Shown here in pieces: positions 49,090-58,757 of a DNA stretch of 64,000 bases. The stretch's first letter is position 1. Every line of letters begins with the position of its first letter. The stretch comes from Candidatus Saliniplasma sp. Its GTDB lineage: Archaea; Thermoplasmatota; Thermoplasmata; Halarchaeoplasmatales; Halarchaeoplasmataceae. A program made the translations under genes and the position numbers. Under the pieces are notes generated by a model. It ran no database searches, was not told the origin of the DNA, and saw only the letters and a list, made by a program, of their open reading frames with translations. The stretch lies in NCBI GenBank assembly GCA_048622455.1, contig JBMCUO010000001.1:2437-66436 (forward strand), in the 5' to 3' direction.

Positions 49090-51918
49090 ATGGCGGATGA
49101 AAAAGAGTACTACAGGATGACAGTCGACGAATGTTTAGATGAATTAGATACTTCTACTGAGGGACTCACCAGAGAGGAAGCTGAGAAACGGTTAAAGAAA
49201 TACGGTAAGAACGAACTCACCGGGAAGGTCCAAACACCCAAACTTCTACTCTTCTTAGCACAGTTCAAAGAACTGCTTGTCATGGTTTTGATAATAGCTG
49301 GGATCGTCTCACTTTTCCTAGGGATTTACCAGAACGATCCAGGCAGCTTGAAAAGTGCAGCCGCAATGTTCATCATAGTTTTCATCAACGCAGTTATAGG
49401 TTTTTTTCAGAAGTATAAAGCTCAACAGATCATCGAGAAGTTAAAATCCCTCATCAAATCTCCAGCTCAGGTCAAGCAGGCAGGGGATTGGAAGGAGATA
49501 GATCAAGAAGAATTGGTTTCTGGAGATATCATCAAGATCGAAGAGGGTGACAAGATCCCTGCGGACATCAGAGTCATACGGTCTTTCAATCTGAAGACCA
49601 ACGATTTCTCACTAACGGGCGAATCAATGCCCCAGGAGAAACACAGCAACGCTATAAAAGAGAAGGTCACCCTAGCAGATAGGGACAACATGGCATACGT
49701 GGGGACCACTGTAGCCACCGGGAACGCGATAGGAGTTGTCATCGCCACAGGTATGAAAACCGAGATGGGTAAGATCGCAGATATGACAGAAGAGACAGGA
49801 GAACTCAAATCCCCTCTACAGAAAGAGTTGGACCTTCTTGCCAAACATCTAACAGCGATAGTCGTTGTCATCAGCACTGCCTTATTCTTCGTCGCTTATT
49901 GGCAGGGACTGGGTTTGACCATCAGTTTGATATATGCTGTGGGTATAGCCGTATCCGCCGTTCCACAGGCTTTACCTGCTCAGGTTACGGTAGCACTTTC
50001 AACGGGCAGTAACAGGTTAGCTAACAGAAATGCGGTTGTAAAGAATCTATCGTCCGTTGAAACTTTAGGTTCCACTACAGTGATATGTACCGATAAGACA
50101 GGTACATTGACTAAGAACGAGATGACCGTCAAGAACGTTTGGTTCGAAGAGAAGGAATACAAACTAACTGGATTAGGTTACAAACCAGAAGGGAATATCT
50201 TAGATGAGAATGAGAACGAACTCAACCAGGAACAGATAAACGAATTAGAGATCCTCATGGACGCCGCCACCATGGCTTCTACTGCAGAGATACACCCCCC
50301 AGACGATCAACACGACAGCTGGTACCCTGTGGGGGACCCTACTGAAGCCGCCTTGATAACCATGTCGACAAAACTCGGCACTCGCTCGGAGAGTGAGGAT
50401 GAAGAGAACCCTGAGATTATCGAATTCCCCTTCGATTCAGAAAGAAAAAGGATGAGTTCTATCAGGGATATAGGTGAGGGATACGAAGACAAAAAAGTCG
50501 AGAAAGCCCTTGAAGGCAACACCAAAGGTATGAGAGTATTGGCCATGAAAGGTGCTACTGACAGCGTTCTATCGGTGAGTAAGTATATCTATCGTGATGG
50601 AGAGGTCCAAAAGATAACTGAAGAAGATAAAGAAAGGATCAGAAAGATCAACGAAAAATATTCAGAAAAGGCCATGAGGGTTCTAGCTATAGCGTACAGA
50701 CCCCTGGAAAAACAGAGTGAGGATTACGTTGAGGATGAGGTAGAAAAGGACGTGATCTTCCTGGGGCTTGTCAGCATGATAGACCCCCCTAAAGAAGGGG
50801 TAAAAGAAGCTATCCAGAAGTGTAGAGACGCTCATATCAGAACCTTCATAATGACAGGAGATCACGCTATCACCGCTAGAGCCGTCGGTGACGAGATAGG
50901 TTTGTCCGTTGAAGGGGAGCCAATGACTGTTATCACCGGTAAAGAATTGAAGAAGATGGATGACAAAGACATCACCCAGAAGATGAAAGAGTCGGAATCC
51001 ATGATATTCTCTAGAGTGGACCCCGAGGACAAACTAAGGATCGTTAAAATGTTAGAGCAGGACGACGAGATCGTTGCGGTCACCGGCGACGGTGTCAACG
51101 ACGCACCTGCTCTAAAAAGAGCTCATATAGGGGTTGCTATGGGACAGAAAGGTACCGATGTAGCAAAGGAAGCCTCTGAACTCGTACTGCTTGACGATAG
51201 TTTTCCCACATTAGTCCACGCAGTGAGAGAGGGGAGAACAATCTACAACAACCTTAAGAAAACCGTACTAGCTTCTATGACCACAAACGGTGCGGAACTC
51301 ACAACAGTCCTAGCAGGATTGGCTATGATCGGCCTTATCGGTTGGAGCGAGTGGGCTATCCCGATACTCGTTATCCAGATATTAGCTGTGGACCTTTTAG
51401 CTGAAGTCATGCCCCTGACTTTCCTATCATACGACCCTCCTTCAGCGGAGATGATGAAATCACCACCTAGAAGAAGGGAGGAACATATACTGGATCTTCC
51501 ACACTCGGTCGAAGTGATATTCCTTGGTCTTCTGATAGGGTCACTAGCTGCGGGAAACTTCTGGTTATTCTTCAGCAGGCAGGGTTTGTCTCTTACAGGT
51601 GCGAAACTACCGGAATACGCCGCAGCTACCACGGTTTCCTATCTAACCTTAGTCTACTGTCAGTTCGCGAATATAATGTCGAGAAGATACGAGTATGAAT
51701 CCATATTCAGTAAGAACTTCTTCTCCAACAAGATCATACTGTATTCGATAGTAATATCCATCGGATTGGTCTTCCTGGGAGTTTACGGTCCTTATATCAG
51801 CGGTTTCCTTGAATTTGCCGATATCGGTCTGATGGGATGGACACAGGTTCTAGGAGCTATGGGTGTGTATTTAGGGATCTTTGAAATCATCAAACTGGTA
51901 AAAAGAGTGAGGAAGTGA
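49090..51918 (+). CDS. P-type cation-transporting ATPase (type II, atypical ion-binding motif)
   Basis: TGES, DKTGT, KGA, TGD, GDGVND; M4 reads PQALP. Confidence 0.9.
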   Translation: MADEKEYYRMTVDECLDELDTSTEGLTREEAEKRLKKYGKNELTGKVQTPKLLLFLAQFKELLVMVLIIAGIVSLFLGIYQNDPGSLKSAAAMFIIVFINAVIGFFQKYKAQQIIEKLKSLIKSPAQVKQAGDWKEIDQEELVSGDIIKIEEGDKIPADIRVIRSFNLKTNDFSLTGESMPQEKHSNAIKEKVTLADRDNMAYVGTTVATGNAIGVVIATGMKTEMGKIADMTEETGELKSPLQKELDLLAKHLTAIVVVISTALFFVAYWQGLGLTISLIYAVGIAVSAVPQALPAQVTVALSTGSNRLANRNAVVKNLSSVETLGSTTVICTDKTGTLTKNEMTVKNVWFEEKEYKLTGLGYKPEGNILDENENELNQEQINELEILMDAATMASTAEIHPPDDQHDSWYPVGDPTEAALITMSTKLGTRSESEDEENPEIIEFPFDSERKRMSSIRDIGEGYEDKKVEKALEGNTKGMRVLAMKGATDSVLSVSKYIYRDGEVQKITEEDKERIRKINEKYSEKAMRVLAIAYRPLEKQSEDYVEDEVEKDVIFLGLVSMIDPPKEGVKEAIQKCRDAHIRTFIMTGDHAITARAVGDEIGLSVEGEPMTVITGKELKKMDDKDITQKMKESESMIFSRVDPEDKLRIVKMLEQDDEIVAVTGDGVNDAPALKRAHIGVAMGQKGTDVAKEASELVLLDDSFPTLVHAVREGRTIYNNLKKTVLASMTTNGAELTTVLAGLAMIGLIGWSEWAIPILVIQILAVDLLAEVMPLTFLSYDPPSAEMMKSPPRRREEHILDLPHSVEVIFLGLLIGSLAAGNFWLFFSRQGLSLTGAKLPEYAAATTVSYLTLVYCQFANIMSRRYEYESIFSKNFFSNKIILYSIVISIGLVFLGVYGPYISGFLEFADIGLMGWTQVLGAMGVYLGIFEIIKLVKRVRK

Positions 51919-51971
51919 ACTTTTAAAAAGGAAGATTAAAATAGAGCCTTGTTATATTAGACAGCATAAGG

Positions 51972-52403
51972 GTGGATATAATGAGGGTAAACATAGTTTT
52001 TGACAGTAAATACGGTAACGGTAAGAAGATAGCAGAATATTTGGATAATTCCTTCGAGAACAACAACGTCAAGGTTTTTTTTGTAAAAGATGCTGACCCA
52101 GATTATATCAGAACTGCTGACCTTTATATATTCAGCACACCTACGCACATGGGAAAAGCTACCAGAAAGATGAGAAAATTTGTAAAGAACTTACAGGTGG
52201 ACGGTGAGGCACAGAAATATGGACTTATCACGACGTACACCAAAGATAAAACAGATTCACTTGTAGAGCTTGAAAGAATGCTGAAAGGAAAAGGTTTAAA
52301 GAAAGCTACAGAAAACCTCAAATTGAAAATTCGGGGTAAGAAAGGACCCCTAGAAGATGGGTATCAAAAGAAATTAGATCAGTTCCTAGATAATTTAACT
52401 TAA
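51972..52403 (+). CDS. Flavodoxin-like protein
   Basis: DSKYGNGKKIAE; STPTH. Confidence 0.75.
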   Translation: MDIMRVNIVFDSKYGNGKKIAEYLDNSFENNNVKVFFVKDADPDYIRTADLYIFSTPTHMGKATRKMRKFVKNLQVDGEAQKYGLITTYTKDKTDSLVELERMLKGKGLKKATENLKLKIRGKKGPLEDGYQKKLDQFLDNLT

Positions 52404-53656
52404 AGTGTCATGTAGATACAATCTACATCCTCTTTTTTGAACATACCTCTAACATCGACAATTACCGGATCATCGCTCATGGATCTGACTAGTTCATCAA
52501 CTCCTATTTTATAGAATTCATCGTGGGCGACGGTTATCACTGCGCAGTCAAAATCCTGAACATCATCAACTGCCTTCACATCGAAGGTCTCTATCTCCTC
52601 ATCACTCAGGTACGGATCGTATCCGTAAACGTCCACATCGTATTCTTTCAATAATTTCACGATATCTTTAGCAGGAGACTTTCTCACGTCCTCTACATTC
52701 TCTTTGTAGGTCAAACCCATTATTACGACCTTTGAGTCCTTGATGACCTTACCTGCTCGATTGAGACCCTTCACGGTCATCTCACCGACGTGTTTCGGCA
52801 TCCCGTCGTTGATAGCCCTACCTGCAAGTATGACCTGAGGATGATAGTCCAACCGCTTGGCTTTGTAAACAAGGTAATAGGGATCTACAGGGATGCAGTG
52901 CCCTCCTACCAATCCAGGATGGTACCTGTGGAAATTCCATTTGGTAGCTGCGGCTTCCAGTACCTCATCGGTATCCAACTTCATCTTGTTGAAAATTATC
53001 GACAATTCATTCATCAAAGCGATATTCAGATCCCTCTGAATGTTCTCGATAACTTTGGCGGCTTCTGCGGTCTTTATATCTTTTGTTAGATGAACTGTGG
53101 TTATCAATCCATAGAGCTTAGCAAGAACTTCACCTACTTCCTCGTTCATACCGCCGACCACTTTAGTGATCTTATCGATGGTGTGCTCTTTATCACCAGG
53201 GTTCACCCTTTCTGGTGAGTATCCCACGTAGAAATCCTCCCCACACTTCATTCCAGAAGTTCTCTCAAGTACTGGGACACATTCTTCTTCCGTAACACCT
53301 GGATATACCGTGCTCTCATAGGATACCACGGCTCCCTTCTTCATGTTCATACCTACGGTCTCCGATGCACTCTTTACAAAAGACAATTCAGGTTCTTTTG
53401 ATTCGTTAACTGGAGTTGGGACACAGATAATCACAAAGTCAGCCTTACCTATACTCTTTTCATCCGAAGAAAACTCTAAAAGGTCTTTTCTCGAATCCCT
53501 GTTAAAACGCTCAACCTTATCCTCATCGATATCATAACCGATGACCGTAACATGGTCGGATAGGTACTCGGCCAGTGGTCTTCCAACGTACCCCATCCCA
53601 ACAACGCAAACTACCGCATCTCTATCATCCAATTTCCTCTTAAGCTTGTCAAGCAT
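52400..53656 (-). CDS. Nucleotide-sugar (UDP-N-acetylhexosamine-type) dehydrogenase
   Basis: GMGYVG, CVPTP, ESTVYPG, SPER, GGHCI. Confidence 0.9.
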   Translation of the reverse strand: MLDKLKRKLDDRDAVVCVVGMGYVGRPLAEYLSDHVTVIGYDIDEDKVERFNRDSRKDLLEFSSDEKSIGKADFVIICVPTPVNESKEPELSFVKSASETVGMNMKKGAVVSYESTVYPGVTEEECVPVLERTSGMKCGEDFYVGYSPERVNPGDKEHTIDKITKVVGGMNEEVGEVLAKLYGLITTVHLTKDIKTAEAAKVIENIQRDLNIALMNELSIIFNKMKLDTDEVLEAAATKWNFHRYHPGLVGGHCIPVDPYYLVYKAKRLDYHPQVILAGRAINDGMPKHVGEMTVKGLNRAGKVIKDSKVVIMGLTYKENVEDVRKSPAKDIVKLLKEYDVDVYGYDPYLSDEEIETFDVKAVDDVQDFDCAVITVAHDEFYKIGVDELVRSMSDDPVIVDVRGMFKKEDVDCIYMTL

Positions 53657-53775
53657 GATCTATCACCTTTCTGAAACAAGCAGTGTAATCTACGGTTGTT
53701 AAATAAATCTTACCATACCTGTAAACAAGACCCGTCAGCGGTAAATCAATATATGTTGACTCTTCTTAAGGCAGT

Positions 53776-54267
53776 ATGTTCGAGTTCAAGAAAGGACTCG
53801 TTGCGGTATTACTTCTGATCCTGGTGATACTGTTCATATGGTACGGTTCTGCAAGTCCAGAGCCTGAGAAAGGACACTATCCTGGTTCTGAACACATCAT
53901 AAAAGACCACGAGACTTACGTAGGTGAGCTGGTGGAGGTGGGCGGTAAAGTCGTCGATACGGACCCTCTCACCATCGAAGTCGAGTACGGTGATGAATCT
54001 CTACTGTTAGAAGTTACCGACACTGACGAGACCGCTGAATTAGGCGATCGGGTGAGTGTTTTTGGAACTTTAGAAGATGATAACACCGTAAGGGCTGAAA
54101 AAATCATAGTCAGACCACGAAGGAATTGGTACTACATGTACGGAGTTTCCGGGATCGCTGCTGTCTGGCTTCTGATTCGCATTATATCGTATTGGGAATA
54201 CACTGCGAAAGGTTTTAAACCAAGAGAGGAACCGATGAACATATTGAGGAGGGATGATCACGGCTGA
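53776..54267 (+). CDS. Hypothetical membrane protein with OB-fold-like extracellular domain
   Basis: TM, then VEVGGKV...GDRVSVFGTL, then TM. Confidence 0.6.
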   Translation: MFEFKKGLVAVLLLILVILFIWYGSASPEPEKGHYPGSEHIIKDHETYVGELVEVGGKVVDTDPLTIEVEYGDESLLLEVTDTDETAELGDRVSVFGTLEDDNTVRAEKIIVRPRRNWYYMYGVSGIAAVWLLIRIISYWEYTAKGFKPREEPMNILRRDDHG

Positions 54268-54766
54268 CCTTCTAACTCACGTTCTCGTAGCATTCAGTGT
54301 TGGTGTTATACTTTCATGGAGATTCAAGTGGATCAGCAGAAACTACATCACGATTATCATGCTGGGAGCGGTACTACCTGACCTGACACGCATAGGATTG
54401 ATAATAGAACCTGCTTATATTGAGAACACATTTGGTGTCCCTTTTTCATGGTCTCCACTGCACACCGTCGCAGGGGTCTTCATAATAATACTGCTTCTGA
54501 CTTTAGTGGTTCACGAACGGTACTCAAAACCCGTATTTATACTACTAGTCCTCGGCGCCTTCACACACCTATTCATGGATTCGTTTCTTTTGACCACAAC
54601 AGGCACTTCGTACACTGTTTTCTTCCCGATAACATTCTACAATCCTCCGACACCGGGATTCTACCTCAGCACTGACATGTGGCCATCTATGGTTTCAGCA
54701 CTTGCCGCATCTGCGATATGGAGTATCGATAATACCTCCATAATCAAGGAAAAATTATTTAAATAA
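54254..54766 (+). CDS. Membrane-bound metal-dependent hydrolase (YdjM/DUF457-like)
   Basis: TH...LPD...H...THLFMD pattern. Confidence 0.75.
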   Translation: MITADLLTHVLVAFSVGVILSWRFKWISRNYITIIMLGAVLPDLTRIGLIIEPAYIENTFGVPFSWSPLHTVAGVFIIILLLTLVVHERYSKPVFILLVLGAFTHLFMDSFLLTTTGTSYTVFFPITFYNPPTPGFYLSTDMWPSMVSALAASAIWSIDNTSIIKEKLFK

Positions 54767-54813
54767 GATGGCCTAACAGCCAGCCCCGATAATCCCTTTC
54801 AAAGGAGAAAAAG

Positions 54814-56226
54814 ATGCCTGAATCAGGAAATAAGTTGAGCACCATCCTCGTTATCTTCCTCATAGGTGCAATTATCACTCGATTACCGTTTCCAGAACAG
54901 TTCAGTACCGATGCTAAGATGATGATCGCTATAGCCTTCGTTGCCGCTGCCCTTTGGGTCACGGAGGCCCTCCCTATACCCGTAACGGCCATGCTTGTCA
55001 TCCTTCTACAGGGTCTATTCGGGATACAGCCCTTTTCCGTCGCTTTATCTTTCATCGCTCACAAAGTTAACGTTCTGCTGGTAGCGGGTTTTATAATCGC
55101 AGCCGGTTTAAAAAAGTACGATCTCGACAAAAGGATAGGACTCAAGTTCGTATCATTAGTGGGTGAGAGGACCGATCGTTTGATCCTAGGCATCATGGCA
55201 GGAACAGCTTTTCTTTCCATGTGGATTTCCAACACTGCAGCAACAGCCATAATGATACCGATCGGTATAGGGATACTGAAAAAGGCTAAGGATTACCCAA
55301 AGGGAACCAACATGGGTAAGGCCATGATTCTAGGTATAGCATTCGCTGCAAATATCGGCGGTATGGGTACTCCAGTGGGAACCCCTCCTGTACCGATAAC
55401 CATAGCGTTCCTTGAAGATTTAGCTGGGATCAGTATATCATTCTTCGATTGGGTTATCAGAGCGGTGCCCTTACTGATCCTCCTTATCCCGTTATCATGG
55501 AAATTGGTCACAACCATCTACAAACCTGAGATAGACAGGATCGAAGGAGGGATAGAGATGGTAAAAGAGGAGTTAAAAGAACTAGGTTCTTTAACACACC
55601 GTCAAAAACATTTTCTAGCCCTATTCGCTATCGCATTAGGACTCTGGTTACTGAGTGCCTTCGATGTATGGCTGCCTTTACCCGAGGATTGGCTATACAT
55701 AGCTTCAGTTTTGATCTGTTTTATTTTCGTGTTTCCCAGAGTAGGAGTACTGAACTGGAAAGAAGCCACTGATGAGATAGGATGGGGGATATTGATACTG
55801 GTCGGAGGAGGATTAGCACTGGGTTCAGGACTTCAGGTCACAGGAGTCATCGATATCATCGCCAATAATATGGAATATCTCGTAGCAGATGCTGGACTTA
55901 TCTTCGTGATAGCTGCAGTTGGTTTTATCACAGCTTACAGTATAACACTATTTTCAAGCTTGACAGCAACTTCCAGTACCTTCGTACCAGTGGCTATAGC
56001 TATGGCATTAAAACTTGATATGAGTCCCACCCTTCTAGCTCTAGTGGCGGGCGTTGCAGCTTGTTTCGCCTTCCTTTTACCGGCTAATACTCCTCCGAAC
56101 GCCATCGCTTACAGCAGTGGTTACTTTGAAACAATGGAGATGACAAAAGCAGGGATTATATTGACCGCACTTTGTATATCAGCACTTGTAATAGTTGCAT
56201 ACGTATTTTGGGCACCATTCTCCTAA
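54814..56226 (+). CDS. DASS/SLC13 sodium:dicarboxylate/sulfate symporter
   Basis: SMWISNTAAT, ANIGGMGTPVGTPP, TPPNAI. Confidence 0.9.
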   Translation: MPESGNKLSTILVIFLIGAIITRLPFPEQFSTDAKMMIAIAFVAAALWVTEALPIPVTAMLVILLQGLFGIQPFSVALSFIAHKVNVLLVAGFIIAAGLKKYDLDKRIGLKFVSLVGERTDRLILGIMAGTAFLSMWISNTAATAIMIPIGIGILKKAKDYPKGTNMGKAMILGIAFAANIGGMGTPVGTPPVPITIAFLEDLAGISISFFDWVIRAVPLLILLIPLSWKLVTTIYKPEIDRIEGGIEMVKEELKELGSLTHRQKHFLALFAIALGLWLLSAFDVWLPLPEDWLYIASVLICFIFVFPRVGVLNWKEATDEIGWGILILVGGGLALGSGLQVTGVIDIIANNMEYLVADAGLIFVIAAVGFITAYSITLFSSLTATSSTFVPVAIAMALKLDMSPTLLALVAGVAACFAFLLPANTPPNAIAYSSGYFETMEMTKAGIILTALCISALVIVAYVFWAPFS

Positions 56227-56228
56227 GA

Positions 56229-56807
56229 TCAATCCTCAAATCTCTTTTGAACCTTATTTCGAAGTTCCTCAGTAGAGATGTTGATACTCAATGCGTACCG
56301 GTTTTTATTTTTGCACTCTAAATTCACTGAAAAGTCTTCAGTATCGAAATAGTACGGATTGAATTTAAGCATTATATGGTTGTAAATAGACCGCTCCATC
56401 TTTCTTAAAGACTTCAAAGATTCCGCTGCTACCAACCGTTCGATATCCTTAACCGCCTGACCCACATCTTCAGTGGGACTTCTACCGTTGACGATATCGT
56501 GGACTGAATCCGCAAGTTTGTGTTCCGCATCATTCAATTCTTCCTTGAATCCTTTGAATCCTTCCTCCACCTTCTTATGTTTGATACAGGCTCCGGCTGC
56601 GGTCTTTTTTTTGATATCTTTTTCCTCCTCGCCATCCTGGGGCATCCATTTCTCGTATACATCTACAGTCTCTCTGTGAGTTGCGTTATCTTCTAAGAAT
56701 TTTGCGAGGACATGGGAGAACAGCACGACCTCGTGCCAATCTCCCTGAAATCTGACACCGGAATTTGTCTGTTCGATCTGCTTCATTATGAGTTCATAAT
56801 AATCCAA
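56229..56807 (-). CDS. Conserved archaeal hypothetical protein (DUF5828-like)
   Basis: SG.RFQGDW, W.P, KKTA, IM..FNPYYFD...SVN; resembles the haloarchaeal DUF5828 family from memory. Confidence 0.55.
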   Translation of the reverse strand: MDYYELIMKQIEQTNSGVRFQGDWHEVVLFSHVLAKFLEDNATHRETVDVYEKWMPQDGEEEKDIKKKTAAGACIKHKKVEEGFKGFKEELNDAEHKLADSVHDIVNGRSPTEDVGQAVKDIERLVAAESLKSLRKMERSIYNHIMLKFNPYYFDTEDFSVNLECKNKNRYALSINISTEELRNKVQKRFED

Positions 56808-56879
56808 GTTTATATAATGGTTTTGAACACATATCCCCTTCCAAAAATTTTATCTAAGGAGTTATTCTGTGGCACCGAG

Positions 56880-57365
56880 ATGCTTGATAATAGGGACCTT
56901 ACTTCAGATGAACGCGGCGACATACCTGGTTTACCAATGGAGATGCTGATAATTTCAGTAGTGATGTTGATATCCATACCTCTAATATTCTCTTACTCAT
57001 CCATGTACGTACGTCGACAGACCGAATCGGACCTGAGAGTTCAGCTAGACAAGATGGTAGAAATCTTTGAAGAGGTCAAGGAATCAGAGGTCGGTAACCG
57101 CAGGACATTTTCTTTGAATCTCAACGATCATCCTCTAGCTAGGGTATCATATGTGGAGATAGGCGGAGAAAACTATCATCTAAGAACAACGATCCGATAC
57201 AAATTAAGAGATGATTCTGAGGTTGCCTTGAATTTAGATGGTTTAGAAGCGTCAGGTAGGACCGATGGAGATTTTACCAATGTACAACTCCCTTTGGATG
57301 GCGGGACGGTTCTCATTGAGTATTCCCAGAACCTGGACTTCGTACAAATATCGGTGGGTGAGTAA
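56880..57365 (+). CDS. Pilin-like protein with class III signal peptide-like N-terminus
   Basis: DERG followed by hydrophobic helix (LPMEMLIISVVML); start trimmed to ATG 56880. Confidence 0.55.
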   Translation: MLDNRDLTSDERGDIPGLPMEMLIISVVMLISIPLIFSYSSMYVRRQTESDLRVQLDKMVEIFEEVKESEVGNRRTFSLNLNDHPLARVSYVEIGGENYHLRTTIRYKLRDDSEVALNLDGLEASGRTDGDFTNVQLPLDGGTVLIEYSQNLDFVQISVGE

Positions 57366-57367
57366 GT

Positions 57368-57865
57368 GTGAAAAGATCAAACCGGGGAACTATGGAACTT
57401 CCATTTAAATTGATGATGATGATGCTTCTGATCGGCATGGTAATACCTACAACTCTTATCGGGTACAGGAATGTAAATAGGACCATGTACGAAAATAGAG
57501 TAATGAACGAACTGCATGACCTTATCGCGTTCTCAAGGAAGTTGAAGCGAGAAGGTGACTTATCCAGTATGACTATAGAGTTGGATCTAACAGGTGATAC
57601 CTTTGCCAGTTTAGAGTACCTTCACATTGGAGATTCATTGGATAAGAGACCTTGGATGTTAAATTACAGATTGTCGTGGAAAGAGTCCGACGGTTATCTT
57701 TCAGCCGTAGATCCCCTAGTGAAACTCACCTCGCCCAACAACAACACCTTCCGTCTCACGTCCGGGTCACACAGGTTAAAACTAACGCATATCTACACGG
57801 AGGACACCTCTTTTATCGTGGTCAGTAACGTTAACCAAGTTATCGACGGCTCTAGATTCACTTAA
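57368..57865 (+). CDS. Pilin-like protein with class III signal peptide-like N-terminus
   Basis: MKRSNRG|TMELPFKLMMMMLLIG. Confidence 0.6.
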   Translation: MKRSNRGTMELPFKLMMMMLLIGMVIPTTLIGYRNVNRTMYENRVMNELHDLIAFSRKLKREGDLSSMTIELDLTGDTFASLEYLHIGDSLDKRPWMLNYRLSWKESDGYLSAVDPLVKLTSPNNNTFRLTSGSHRLKLTHIYTEDTSFIVVSNVNQVIDGSRFT

Positions 57866-58292
57866 AATCATCTAATGAACGTTTTTTCCATCCTCCGCCT
57901 TTACCGATATGTACCACATCCCAACCCTCATCTTCCATCCGGTCAGATATGAACCTTCGGTGGCACTGGTACGGGTCTTTTTCCATGCACATCATCACTG
58001 TATTTCCATCTCTAGCCAAATTTTTCAGTTCCTCGTATGACGTATTCCACCTGTCTGACAGCATCACTTTTTCATACTCTTTTTCCCTAAGACCTCCCAA
58101 TCCAGGAAGGTGCTTGTACATCACACCCTTTTGAAACAGAGTCGTTTTGAGATTCTCTTTAATGAACTCCTGCCTTTTGGAACTAGGGTAGGAACGAACG
58201 TCTACTAGATGGTCTATATCGTGCTTATCTAGCAGGTCCAAAAACTCTTCTTCAGTTAGACCTTGATAACCGAGGGTGTATATTTTTTTCAC
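57858..58292 (-). CDS. DUF488 family protein
   Basis: IYTLGY, LVDVRSYP, LGG, MCxExDPxxCHR. Confidence 0.85.
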   Translation of the reverse strand: MKKIYTLGYQGLTEEEFLDLLDKHDIDHLVDVRSYPSSKRQEFIKENLKTTLFQKGVMYKHLPGLGGLREKEYEKVMLSDRWNTSYEELKNLARDGNTVMMCMEKDPYQCHRRFISDRMEDEGWDVVHIGKGGGWKKRSLDDFK

Positions 58293-58426
58293 AGTTTGTC
58301 ATGAAATTCAATTAATAAATAAATTTTGAGAAAACAGGGGAAATTATTATATAATGTGTGTATAATATACTTGTGCGACAAAAGGGGTACAATAGATGCC
58401 TAATAGACATATACAGGAGGTAGAAA

Positions 58427-58660
58427 GTGTCCGAAAATGAAAAGATATCGATAAGGCTTCCAAAAAACTTCTTGGAACGCATCGATTTTCTTGTTGAGAT
58501 GGACGACTTTCCCTCTAGGTCAGAGGCGATTCGTACAGCAGTGAGGGATATGTTGTATTACAGAGTCGACCTTGTGGCCGATAAAGTTGAAAAGATGGCT
58601 GAGCAGGAACAGAAGATGGCTCAAGCCAAAGCTATAAAAGAAGAATATTTAAAAAGATAA
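58427..58660 (+). CDS. CopG/ribbon-helix-helix regulator (CdrS-like)
   Basis: ISIRLP...FPSRSEAIRTAVRDML; SD GGAGGT. Confidence 0.8.
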   Translation: MSENEKISIRLPKNFLERIDFLVEMDDFPSRSEAIRTAVRDMLYYRVDLVADKVEKMAEQEQKMAQAKAIKEEYLKR

Positions 58661-58691
58661 TCCTAGGGATGGGATGCCCTTAACTTACTAG

Positions 58692-58757
58692 CCGGGGTTT
58701 CTACCCCTTTTCCCCGCATATCACGATACTATATCTCCCCCCCTTTTTTTTCTTTTT
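58692..58757 (+). terminator. Putative terminator between convergent genes
   Basis: GGGGT-TTCT-ACCCC hairpin, then a C-run and long T-tract. Confidence 0.45.

Noticed and set aside
56712..56879. N-terminal extension of the 217-aa ORF
   Set aside because: Overlaps the divergent gene and its promoter region; ATG 56880 gives a coherent signal peptide.
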